Of a stretch of DNA of 41,200 bases, positions 8,913 to 18,160 are shown in pieces. How positions within the stretch are numbered: position 1 is the stretch's first letter; each line of letters opens with the position of its first letter. A model generated the notes under the pieces. It searched no databases. It was not told the DNA's origin and was given only the letters and a program-made list of their open reading frames with translations. The DNA lies in the sequence record SRR20825010_1851; one strand, written 5' to 3'. Position numbers and translations under genes: made by a program.

Positions 8913-9545
8913 GTGGTACTAAAATTCAAAACCGGAATGAAGGCGCTTGGCCTCGTTTTGTTTTCGCTTGTTCTTACGAGTTGTGGGCCACGCGAGTTGC
9001 TGCCTTCGGCGCCTTTTGTGCCGCCGGATGAAGGCCCTGGACCGCATTATGTTATCGGGCCGGGGGATGGTTTGTATATCCACGTCTGGAGAAACCCCGA
9101 GCTTTCAACCAACGTGACGGTACGGCCTGACGGAAGGGTGTCCATCCCTCTGGCGGAAGACCTGCCTGCGACAGGCAAGACGCCCAGCCAGTTGTCCCGC
9201 GATATTGAAGAGCAGTTGAATGTCTATATTCAGCAGCCCATCGTAACAGTAATGCTGCAAGCGTTCTTTGGCCCGTTTTCGCAACAAGTGCGGGTGGTTG
9301 GTGAAGCCGCCAGCCCACAGGCGCTGCCTTACCGGGCAAACATGACCCTTCTGGATGTGATGATCCAGGTTGGTGGATTGACAGAGTTTGCCGCCGGGGA
9401 CCGTGCGTCCCTTATCCGGTTTGAAGACGGTGAACAGAAAGAATACAGAATTAAAATTGAATCGCTCATCAAGGATGGAGACATCACGGCAAACGTGAAG
9501 ATCTTCCCGGGCGATGTGCTGATTATTCCTGAAAGCATCCTTTAA
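8913..9545 (+). CDS. Wza-like polysaccharide export lipoprotein, XrtA system (TIGR03027-like)
   Basis: Lipobox LTSC; YVIGPGD, VWRNPELS, VRPDGRVSIPL (polysaccharide export sequence); SLBB domain ending PGDVLIIPES. Confidence 0.93.
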   Translation: MVLKFKTGMKALGLVLFSLVLTSCGPRELLPSAPFVPPDEGPGPHYVIGPGDGLYIHVWRNPELSTNVTVRPDGRVSIPLAEDLPATGKTPSQLSRDIEEQLNVYIQQPIVTVMLQAFFGPFSQQVRVVGEAASPQALPYRANMTLLDVMIQVGGLTEFAAGDRASLIRFEDGEQKEYRIKIESLIKDGDITANVKIFPGDVLIIPESIL

Positions 9546-9597
9546 CATTGTTATAGTATGCTGATGGCGATGGTCTGACAGACAGCGGAGGGACAAG

Positions 9598-11223
9598 ATG
9601 GCAGTGCAAAGCGGATTGCACGACATATTCCAGCAGATAAAAACCATTGCTTACGGCATTTGGCGTAAGCGATGGTATATGCTCTTTACCACCTGGCTGG
9701 TGAGCCTGTTGGGCTGGGCACTTGTCTCGACGATGCCTTATAAATACGAAGCATCCGCCCAGGTTTTTGTGGACACGGAGACAGTACTGCGCGCGAGTGC
9801 TGAACGCATGGGCATTAATGTCGACCTTAGCCGCAAGGTTGACATTGTACGCCGTACGCTGGTTACGCGTCCTAATCTTGAGAAGATTATCCGCAGGTCA
9901 GATTATCTCGATCGGATAGCGAAAGATGACAAAGAGCTGGATGCTCTTGTTGCAAGCTTGCAGCGGGATATCCGGATCATATCGCTCGAAGAAGGCATGT
10001 TCCGCATTCAGTTCGAGATTGATGATGACCGCCTGAGCGACCGTCAACGCGCCGAAGTGGCGCGCCGGGTTGTGGCCAACCTGCTTTCCTTCTTCCTTGA
10101 AGGTAATTCGGCAGAGGGTGCGCAAAAATCGGAAAGCGCTATTGAGTTTATCAGCCAGCGTATTCAGGAATACGGCAAGATGCTGAGCGACGCCGAAACA
10201 CGGCACGCGCAATTCCAACAGGAAAATATGGAATATCTTGGCGGGCAGGGTAGCTTTATCACCCGCCTCGACAGTGCAAAGAATGAACTGCGTAAAACAC
10301 GTAACTCTATCGCGGAGGCACAAGTTACGCTCCAGACGTTAGAGACAAACATCAAGAATGTGCCGCCTACAATTCGTGAGGCACGGTCAAGCCGCCCGGG
10401 TGGCGGCGGGGATAAAGACCCGTTAGAAGAGCGTATCGCCGACCTGCAGAAAAAGTATGACTCTCTCAAGACTTTGGGTTTGAAAGATCGCCATCCTGAT
10501 GTGATCAACGTCAGCCGGCAGATCGATGCCTTGCAGGTCGAACTTAAAGACAAACAAGAAGCGGTTGCGCAAGAATTGGCTGAATCCGCTGAAGCTGGGC
10601 GCAGTTCCAACCTGACGACGGAAACGCCGAACCGGCTGTATGAGCAGTTGATGCTGCAGATTATTGAAACCAAGACTTCCGTTGAAACGTTGAAGCAGCG
10701 CGAAAGCGAGCAGCGTAACCTCGTTGCTGAAATGGAAGAAAAAGCTAAGCGCGTACCAGAGATCGAAGCTGAAGAAAGCCGTCTCAATCGCGATTACAAG
10801 ACCATTCAGCGTCAGTATAAAGAATTTGTTGAGCAGAAACAGCAGCTTGACCTGCAGGCGGATGTAGAAGCAACGGATGAAGCCATGTCACTTCGCGTGG
10901 TGGAAGAGCCGATTGTGCCACAGGCACCAAGCGGACCGAACCGCCTTCTTTTCTTCACTGCTGTTTTGGTTGGCGGCATTTTCGCAGGGCTTGGTGTTGC
11001 GCTGGTGCTGTCGCAACTTCGGCCAGTTGTTATCACGGTTGACCAGTTGCGCAGCCACTTTGATATGCCAGTGCTTGGTAACGTGAGCCGCACGATATCG
11101 GAGCAGGAGCATCGTCAACGTAGTGTCGAGCTATTGGGTTTCGCGGGCGGAACCTTGTTGCTTATGCTGATATTCGTGGCCTTTTTGGCTTTCGATATCT
11201 TTGGCGGCTTGTCGGCAACCTAA
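9598..11223 (+). CDS. Polysaccharide chain-length determinant/co-polymerase, XrtA system (TIGR03007-like)
   Basis: Two TM segments flanking a long periplasmic coiled coil, HPDV motif, VVEEPIVPQAPSGPNR Pro-rich motif. Confidence 0.9.
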   Translation: MAVQSGLHDIFQQIKTIAYGIWRKRWYMLFTTWLVSLLGWALVSTMPYKYEASAQVFVDTETVLRASAERMGINVDLSRKVDIVRRTLVTRPNLEKIIRRSDYLDRIAKDDKELDALVASLQRDIRIISLEEGMFRIQFEIDDDRLSDRQRAEVARRVVANLLSFFLEGNSAEGAQKSESAIEFISQRIQEYGKMLSDAETRHAQFQQENMEYLGGQGSFITRLDSAKNELRKTRNSIAEAQVTLQTLETNIKNVPPTIREARSSRPGGGGDKDPLEERIADLQKKYDSLKTLGLKDRHPDVINVSRQIDALQVELKDKQEAVAQELAESAEAGRSSNLTTETPNRLYEQLMLQIIETKTSVETLKQRESEQRNLVAEMEEKAKRVPEIEAEESRLNRDYKTIQRQYKEFVEQKQQLDLQADVEATDEAMSLRVVEEPIVPQAPSGPNRLLFFTAVLVGGIFAGLGVALVLSQLRPVVITVDQLRSHFDMPVLGNVSRTISEQEHRQRSVELLGFAGGTLLLMLIFVAFLAFDIFGGLSAT

Positions 11224-11243
11224 GTGTAGTGAGTAGGTAATTC

Positions 11244-12434
11244 ATGGATCTTATTGAGCGCGCAGAGCAAAAGAAGAAAAAAGAAGAAAAGGCTAGCTCC
11301 CTTGTTGAGCGGGCTGCTGCAAAGTCAGGCCCGGCAAAAGGTGTGGGCATTGGCAGCCCCGTTGCACGCGGGGAAGGCCGTTCAGACCCGTCTTCACTCA
11401 ATCCATCGCAGGGCGAAGAACAAAAGTCCGCTCCGGCATTCCGTGGTATTGGGCAACCGGGCGGTGCTTCCAGACCCCGTCCCGCCGAGGATGCAGGTGC
11501 TGAGCCGAAGAAGGCACCTGAAGAAAGCGCGTTTGAAAAGGCCGCGGCAAAAGCAGGCATGGGTGTTGGACATGCCAAAGCTGATGGCGGCTTGCGTCCG
11601 CAAGCGGAAACAAACCAAGACCCTAAAGTCCATATCCGTCCCGGGTCCAAACCCAGCAAGCCTGTCAGTGTCGGTATGGAGCCTAAGGACCAGACCAAGC
11701 GCAAGGTTGAGGAAGTTGACCTCGTGGCGTTACGGGAAGCGGGTTACATCACACCTGATATGCCGCCAAATCTGATGTCCGAGGAATTTCGGATCATTAA
11801 ACGTTCGATCCTCCTGAATGCTTTTTCAAAAGGCGACAAGAAGGTTGAGAACGGTAATGTGATCCTGGTGACAAGTTCAAACCCGGGTGAAGGCAAGACA
11901 TTCTGTGCGATCAATCTGGCGCTTTCGATCGCCACCGAGCAGGACGTGACCGTGCTGCTGGTGGATGCAGACTTCTCCAAGCCTGAGGTACTTAACCGTC
12001 TTGGTGTAAGTGGCGGACGCGGTTTGATGGATGTGGTGGCGGATGAGGACATTGACCTCGCCAGTTGCCTGATCAGAACCAGTATACCAAACCTTGTGCT
12101 GCTGCCCGCTGGCCGCCAGCATAACCTGACCACAGAGCTTCTTGCGAGTGAGCGCATGGAAGCCATGGCCAAGGAAATAGGCACGCGTTACCCAGACCGG
12201 TTGGTGATTTTTGACTCGCCCCCCGTGTTGGCAAGCTCTGCCGCGTCAGTGCTTGCGCTCTATATGGGGCAAACCGTGTTTGTGATCGAGGCGGAGAAAA
12301 CCACCGAGCCTCAGATCAAAGAAAGCTTGGGCATGATTAATGCCTGCGAACATATTAATCTGATTTTGAACAAGACCCGTTATAGCGACAGTAATAAGAA
12401 ATTTGCGTCCTATTATGGTTACGGGGGTCGATAA
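11244..12434 (+). CDS. Stand-alone BY-kinase (tyrosine autokinase), XrtA system (TIGR03018-like)
   Basis: EEFRIIKR, Walker A SSNPGEGKT, VLLVDAD, IFDSPP and C-terminal Tyr cluster ASYYGYGG. Confidence 0.93.
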   Translation: MDLIERAEQKKKKEEKASSLVERAAAKSGPAKGVGIGSPVARGEGRSDPSSLNPSQGEEQKSAPAFRGIGQPGGASRPRPAEDAGAEPKKAPEESAFEKAAAKAGMGVGHAKADGGLRPQAETNQDPKVHIRPGSKPSKPVSVGMEPKDQTKRKVEEVDLVALREAGYITPDMPPNLMSEEFRIIKRSILLNAFSKGDKKVENGNVILVTSSNPGEGKTFCAINLALSIATEQDVTVLLVDADFSKPEVLNRLGVSGGRGLMDVVADEDIDLASCLIRTSIPNLVLLPAGRQHNLTTELLASERMEAMAKEIGTRYPDRLVIFDSPPVLASSAASVLALYMGQTVFVIEAEKTTEPQIKESLGMINACEHINLILNKTRYSDSNKKFASYYGYGGR

Positions 12435-12446
12435 GGATCGCACTTT

Positions 12447-13919
12447 GTGGCGCAGGTAGGCCGTATATTTCCGCAAAAGCTTATGATGCTGATGGTGGCG
12501 CACCTTGGTTGCGCCACTGCCGTATCTGCACAACATGTTTGGATTGACCCGCGCGGCGAAGGCAAGGTGACGGTCTCGGACAATGTTAACTTGACCGAAG
12601 CAAACCGTACAGTTGGCACAGTGTTGAATGCGTCATTGGGGCTGAATACCCGGATCGAGGGTCGTAAGCTTAAAGGTGCGCTCGATTACGCGTACGACTA
12701 TTATTATTTTCTCGATGATGGCGGCTCGGACGTAAGGCACAGCATGTTTGGTGTGTTGGACGCAGAGATCTGGCGTAACCATTTGTCTGTGAACGCGCGG
12801 GCGAGCTTGAGGCAGGTATTCCTCAGCCAAAGCGATGCGATTTCCCATTCCGAAGCGAACCGAAGCGACAACCGGCGGCTGGTGCAAAACTATACGGGCA
12901 GTGCTCTTTTAAAAGGAGGGCTGCGTGATTTTGCGGATTGGCGGGTCAATTACCGGTATGGACTGACACTTTCCCCGGCCGATAACCTAGACGATGAGAC
13001 GCTGCCGACAAATTTCTCGGATACACAGTCTCATGAAATTAGAGCGTCTGTCGGGTCTGGTGACAGGTTCAACAATCTGGAATGGGAGCTGTTTGGCAAC
13101 AGCAGCCGGGTTCTTCGTAACCTTGACGTCAATGACTATCATGTTGAGGCGGTCGGGGCCGAGCTTACCTATAAGTTCAACCGCTATTTCTCGATCGTTG
13201 GGCAGGTGAACCAGTCACGGAACGGTTTTCAGTCCGAACTTCTGAGCCAGGATGGTTTGGGCTGGGAGGCCGGGTTTCGCTGGACCCCGGGCCCGAAACT
13301 TGACCTTTCCGGCAGATACGGACGGGTAGGCGCGAGAGAAACCTGGTATGGGCGCCTGCAATATTTGTTTTCTGTGCGCTTTGATTTCATGGGAACCTAT
13401 ACCGATACACTTTCCTCAGACAGCGTCGTGCTAAATGATAGATTACAGACGTATCAGTTTGATGATGAACAGGGCATCACTGATGGCGCGGGCTTGCCAG
13501 TTGATGAACGCGATCCAAGGTTTACCCTGACAGACTTTGACTTCCGCCGTCAGAACGCAACAGGCGTGTTCACGTGGCGGAAGCGCAGAACTGAAGTCTA
13601 TGTAAGCAGTAATATGGAATGGCGTACCTACGATAACACCGGCGGTGAAGACGCCAGTTCCTGGGGTGTATCGAGTGGTTTTAAGCACAAAATCAATAAA
13701 TTGACGACATTGACAGGGCTTTTTTCCTACCGTCGGAGTAGATTTGAAGAACAGCTTCGGGTAGACAACTACTATGTAGGAAATCTACAGTGGAATAAGC
13801 GGTTGTCTCGTCATGTGAAAGTTGCGGTTTCGCTTGACCATACACAGCGACAGAGTACAGAAGTCGGGGGGGATATGATGGAGAACGCCGTGACTGTACA
13901 TCTACGAGGGATATTTTAG
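12447..13919 (+). CDS. Outer-membrane beta-barrel protein, PEP-CTERM system associated (TIGR03016-like)
   Basis: Signal peptide, TVSDNV N-terminal motif, alternating amphipathic beta-strands, C-terminal Phe, canonical position in locus. Confidence 0.85.
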   Translation: MAQVGRIFPQKLMMLMVAHLGCATAVSAQHVWIDPRGEGKVTVSDNVNLTEANRTVGTVLNASLGLNTRIEGRKLKGALDYAYDYYYFLDDGGSDVRHSMFGVLDAEIWRNHLSVNARASLRQVFLSQSDAISHSEANRSDNRRLVQNYTGSALLKGGLRDFADWRVNYRYGLTLSPADNLDDETLPTNFSDTQSHEIRASVGSGDRFNNLEWELFGNSSRVLRNLDVNDYHVEAVGAELTYKFNRYFSIVGQVNQSRNGFQSELLSQDGLGWEAGFRWTPGPKLDLSGRYGRVGARETWYGRLQYLFSVRFDFMGTYTDTLSSDSVVLNDRLQTYQFDDEQGITDGAGLPVDERDPRFTLTDFDFRRQNATGVFTWRKRRTEVYVSSNMEWRTYDNTGGEDASSWGVSSGFKHKINKLTTLTGLFSYRRSRFEEQLRVDNYYVGNLQWNKRLSRHVKVAVSLDHTQRQSTEVGGDMMENAVTVHLRGIF

Positions 13920-13926
13920 GGGCAGC

Positions 13927-14973
13927 ATGTACGAAAGTTTTTACAATCTTCAGGGTAGGCCTTTTCAACTTACGCCGGACCCGCGATTTTACTTTAGCTC
14001 TCGCACGCACAAAAAGGCGATGGCCTATCTTACCTATGGCATGAACCAGGGTGAGGGGTTCATCATTGTGACGGGTGACGTGGGCACAGGTAAAACCACT
14101 CTGGTGCGCCACCTGTTTGAAACGCTCGACCGCAACGAATATATCGCGGCCATGATGGTGAGCACACAGCTGAGCGCGGAAGACCTGCTCAGAAGCGTGG
14201 TTGCGGCTTTCGGCCTTGACGCGCAAGCGGAAGACAAGGGCCAGCTTCTGGCACGGCTTGAGAAATTCCTGCGGGAGCAGTTCCGCATGGGTCGCCGGGC
14301 ACTTCTGGTGGTGGATGAAGCACAGAACCTTTCAAACGCTGCGCTCGAAGAAATGCGTATGCTTTCCAATTTTCAGGAAGGCGACAAGGCGCTTATCCAA
14401 AGCTTCCTTGTTGGTCAGCCTGAATTCCGGGAGCGTATCTTCTCGGCGCCTGAGCTTGAGCAGCTCCGCCAGCGTGTGATTGCCACCCATCACCTTGAGC
14501 CGATGGAAGAAGAAGAGCTCGCGGGCTATATCGAGCACCGCCTGAGCCTTGTTGGCTGGGACAATGACCCTTGTTTCACCGCTGATGCGGTTGAAGAAAT
14601 TTATCGGAACAGTGCCGGTGTGCCACGTCGGCTGAACACCCTGTGTTCGCGCGTGTTGCTGTATGGCTCACTGGAAGAGCTGCATACCATCGACGGGGAA
14701 ACCATTCAGGCTGTTGTAAGCGACATGGCGAGCGACACAAGACAGGTGACGGCGACATCGTCAGCGATGCCGCCAAGACCGTCGGCGCCGGTGAACCGCC
14801 AGAACGATTCCACCGTTCCGCTGGAAGCGAAGCGTGAGACCAAGGAGGTCAAGCAGATGGAAAACCGGCTTGATCAGCTTGAAAACATGATGAAAAATCA
14901 GGATGAAACCCTGAAACGCTTGACCGAGCTGATGGCAACGATGGCGGGCGGCGGCTCCAAGGATGACAAATAG
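13927..14973 (+). CDS. ExeA-like AAA ATPase, XrtA system (TIGR03015-like)
   Basis: MYESFYNLQGRPFQLTPDP, Walker A TGDVGTGKTT, Walker B VVDEAQNL, LVGQPE, GVPRRLN. Confidence 0.95.
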   Translation: MYESFYNLQGRPFQLTPDPRFYFSSRTHKKAMAYLTYGMNQGEGFIIVTGDVGTGKTTLVRHLFETLDRNEYIAAMMVSTQLSAEDLLRSVVAAFGLDAQAEDKGQLLARLEKFLREQFRMGRRALLVVDEAQNLSNAALEEMRMLSNFQEGDKALIQSFLVGQPEFRERIFSAPELEQLRQRVIATHHLEPMEEEELAGYIEHRLSLVGWDNDPCFTADAVEEIYRNSAGVPRRLNTLCSRVLLYGSLEELHTIDGETIQAVVSDMASDTRQVTATSSAMPPRPSAPVNRQNDSTVPLEAKRETKEVKQMENRLDQLENMMKNQDETLKRLTELMATMAGGGSKDDK

Positions 14974-15886
14974 CTCTCAAGCCCCACTCGCAAATGCAGA
15001 GCCGGTGTCTGCGAGCACGCAGTTCCCAGACGTCTATGCCTTTACTGTGGATGTGGAAGAATGGTTCCAGGTAGGCGCGTTTGAAAACACCATCGACCGT
15101 GCGGATTGGCGTGGGCTCGAAAGCCGTGTTGAAGAGCAGACCTATAAGGTACTCGGCCTTCTTGATCAAAACGGTGTAAAAGGCACCTTTTTCTGCCTTG
15201 GCTGGGTCGCAGAGCGATATCCGCTACTTATCAACGCCATCCACAACGCGGGGCATGAAGTGGGCTGCCATGGCATGGACCACGAGCGCCTGTTCCGTTT
15301 TTCGCGCGAAGAATTTACCGCTGATGTGTTTAAAGCCAAGGCGCTACTTGAAGACGCGATTGGTGCGGAAGTTATGGGGTATCGTGCGCCAAGCTTCTCC
15401 CTGACCACAGATGTATGGTGGGCTTATGAGGTGCTGGAGCAGGCAGGTTTCACCTATTCTTCGAGCCTTTATCCTCTCAAGACGGATCATTACGGCATGC
15501 CGAATGCGCCGAGGCGCCCATTCTGGCCGATTGGGGAGGGGCGTATCCTCGAGGCGCCCATGACAGTATGCAAGATGCTCGGGCGTTCGCTCCCTGCTTC
15601 TGGCGGCGGATACTTCCGCCTTTTGCCTTATGCGCTGGGGCATCATTTGCTGCGAGCAGGCGCGAAGCAAAACGGTACGCCAGGTATTTTTTACATGCAC
15701 CCGTGGGAGGTAGACCCAGGCCAGCCTTACCGTAAGGATGCTCCGCTTCTCTCGCGCTTCAGGCACTATACCGGCCAGGAAGCACTGCCGAGGAAACTTG
15801 AACGTTTGTGCGGCGCGCATCAATGGATGCGACTGCGGGAAGCCATCGTATCGCCTGCCTATGAAAGCATAGAGACGCAGGGATGA
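14963..15886 (+). CDS. Polysaccharide deacetylase, XrtA system (TIGR03006-like)
   Basis: TVDVEEWF, TFFCLGW, HEVGCHGMDH, GYRAPSFS, GGGYFRLLPY and YMHPWEVDP motifs. Confidence 0.95.
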   Translation: MTNSSQAPLANAEPVSASTQFPDVYAFTVDVEEWFQVGAFENTIDRADWRGLESRVEEQTYKVLGLLDQNGVKGTFFCLGWVAERYPLLINAIHNAGHEVGCHGMDHERLFRFSREEFTADVFKAKALLEDAIGAEVMGYRAPSFSLTTDVWWAYEVLEQAGFTYSSSLYPLKTDHYGMPNAPRRPFWPIGEGRILEAPMTVCKMLGRSLPASGGGYFRLLPYALGHHLLRAGAKQNGTPGIFYMHPWEVDPGQPYRKDAPLLSRFRHYTGQEALPRKLERLCGAHQWMRLREAIVSPAYESIETQG

Positions 15887-16929
15887 CGCTTGTTATCAAA
15901 CATCTGACCGATGAGAACGTGGCAGCCTGGGATGCTTATGTTGCCGGGCATGCGGATGGCACTTTTTGCCACCGTGCGGGCTGGAAGTTTGTTGTTGAAG
16001 CCGGGGCAGGGCATCAATGCCCTTATCTTTATGCGGAAGAGGATGGCGAGGTTAAGGGTGTGCTGCCGCTTACGCTCAGGCGCAGCGCTCTCTTTGGAAA
16101 CGCGCTTGTCTCCAGCATGTTTGCGGTTTATGGCGGCGGGCTATACTCAAACGATGCAGCGCGCGACGCTCTTGATGCTGCGGCCTGGCAAATCGCTGAA
16201 GGCGCGGGCATTGGTGTTTTTGAAAGCCGCACGATGAAACCAGAGCACTGTGGTGTTGATGGCTGGAGTTCAGCCGGGGTTAAGGCTGCCACCTTTATTC
16301 GCGACCTTGAAAGCAGTGATGAGGACGAGCTTTTGCTCACCATCCCACGCAAACAGCGCGCTGTGGTGCGCAAATCGCTGAAAGCCGAGCTGACATGCGA
16401 TTGGGCACCAAAGGTCAGTGAGGTATATGCGCTCTATGCGGAGAGCGTGCGCAACTTGGGTACACCTGTGTTCCCTCGTGCGCTGTTTGAGGCGTTCGCA
16501 CGCGAGTTTCCAGACAATCATCTGTTGCAGCTGATCAAAACGCCGGACGGCAAGCCTGTTGCCAGCCTGTTCAGCTTTTATGACGCAGATACGGTGCTAC
16601 CGTATTACGCGGGCGGAACACCGGATGCACGGCGCTACAACGCCCATGATTTCATGTATTTTGAGCTGATGAAACATGCAGCGGCCAAGGGTATCAAGCG
16701 TTTCGATTTTGGCCGCAGCAAAGTGGATACCGGCCCTTATTCTTTCAAGAAAAACTGGGGGTTTGAACCCACGCCGCTTGAATATGAATACAAGCTGGCT
16801 GAGGGCGCGGAGCTACCAGACCTGTCACCACAAAGTGGCAAATACGCAGCTCTTGTGAAGGTATGGAAGCGACTGCCGCTGCCTGTTGCTAATTGGCTTG
16901 GCCCTATGCTTGCCCGGCACTTGGGGTAA
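15883..16929 (+). CDS. FemAB-related GNAT protein, XrtA system (TIGR03019-like)
   Basis: RKQRAVVRK, YAESVRNLGTPVFP, PYYAGG, FDFGRSK, FKKNWGF motifs. Confidence 0.93.
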   Translation: MTLVIKHLTDENVAAWDAYVAGHADGTFCHRAGWKFVVEAGAGHQCPYLYAEEDGEVKGVLPLTLRRSALFGNALVSSMFAVYGGGLYSNDAARDALDAAAWQIAEGAGIGVFESRTMKPEHCGVDGWSSAGVKAATFIRDLESSDEDELLLTIPRKQRAVVRKSLKAELTCDWAPKVSEVYALYAESVRNLGTPVFPRALFEAFAREFPDNHLLQLIKTPDGKPVASLFSFYDADTVLPYYAGGTPDARRYNAHDFMYFELMKHAAAKGIKRFDFGRSKVDTGPYSFKKNWGFEPTPLEYEYKLAEGAELPDLSPQSGKYAALVKVWKRLPLPVANWLGPMLARHLG

Positions 16930-16933
16930 CAGC

Positions 16934-18160
16934 ATGGCTCGTATTCTCTTTCTCGCGCACCGCATTCCTTATCCCCCTAATAAAGGGGACAAGATACGCT
17001 CCTGGCATTTTCTGGAGCATCTCGCAGCCTCCCATGATGTGCATCTGGGCTTTTATATCGATGACCCTCAGGACGAAAAGCATGTGGCCTTCCTTGAGGG
17101 GCAGGTGAAAAGCCTGTGCTTTGAGAGTGTTAGCAAAAACTGGCAGAGGGTTATGGCGCTACGAGGGCTCGTGACGGGGAAACCACTCACACTCTCTGCC
17201 TATCCAAAAGCAAAGTTGAAACGTTATGCCGAGAACCTGATCACAGCGGGCGAGATCGATATGATCTTCCTGTTCTCTGGCGCGACGATGCAGTTGGTGG
17301 AGGGCGTGAGCAACATCCCTGTTGTGGCAGACCTTGTCGATGTAGATAGCGCCAAATGGGCGGCATATGCGGGCGCGAAGCCTTGGCCTCTATCGTGGCT
17401 TTACCGTCGTGAGGCGAAGGTGCTGGCCGCCTATGAGCGCGAGATTACTTCAGAATCCGCTGCAACCCTTTTTGTGAGCAACGATGAAGCGACACTTTTC
17501 AAAAAAAAGCTGGATATAGCGCTGCACCCCAAAGTCTATGGCGTGTCAAACGGCGTCAATCTTGTGCATTTCGACCCTAAGCGCTTTAGGCAAACCAGAG
17601 CAGATGGCGAAGAACCGCCTCTCAAAGTAATCTTTACTGGCGCGATGGACTATGCGCCCAACCTTGAGGCCGCAGAGTGGTTCGTCCATAAGGTTTGGCC
17701 GAAGGTGAGGGCGGAGTGTCCTGAAGCTGAGTTTATTATTGCAGGCGGCCCGAAGACGCCTGAGGTCGCGGCCCTTGAACGCATCAGCGGCGTGAAAGCT
17801 CTCGGTTATGTGGACGATATGGCGGAAACGATAGCGGAAGCGGAGGTGGTTGTAGCGCCGCTCCTTACTGCGCGCGGTATTCAGAACAAGGTTCTTGAAG
17901 GTATGGCCATGGCGAAACCGGTACTTGCCACGCCTGCCGCCCACGAAGGCATTGCGGCGACCGCTGGCGAACATTTGGTTGTGGCGGCGGACGCGAACAA
18001 GTTTTTGGAGGCGCTTACGGTGCTTCTAAGGGACAGGGTACAGCGGGAAGCCGTTGGTGCCGCAGCCCGTCAGTTTGTTGAGGACCACCACAGTTGGCAG
18101 AGCTGCCTGTTCAAGCTTGACGATATTATTAGCCGGGTATTGGGAGCACGGAGTTTATGA
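16934..18160 (+). CDS. GT4 glycosyltransferase, XrtA system (TIGR03087-like)
   Basis: ILFLAHRIPYPPNKGDKIRS, DLVDVDSAKW, FTGAMDYAPN, ARGIQNKVLEGMAM. ATG at 16934 follows the femAB stop. Confidence 0.93.
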   Translation: MARILFLAHRIPYPPNKGDKIRSWHFLEHLAASHDVHLGFYIDDPQDEKHVAFLEGQVKSLCFESVSKNWQRVMALRGLVTGKPLTLSAYPKAKLKRYAENLITAGEIDMIFLFSGATMQLVEGVSNIPVVADLVDVDSAKWAAYAGAKPWPLSWLYRREAKVLAAYEREITSESAATLFVSNDEATLFKKKLDIALHPKVYGVSNGVNLVHFDPKRFRQTRADGEEPPLKVIFTGAMDYAPNLEAAEWFVHKVWPKVRAECPEAEFIIAGGPKTPEVAALERISGVKALGYVDDMAETIAEAEVVVAPLLTARGIQNKVLEGMAMAKPVLATPAAHEGIAATAGEHLVVAADANKFLEALTVLLRDRVQREAVGAAARQFVEDHHSWQSCLFKLDDIISRVLGARSL

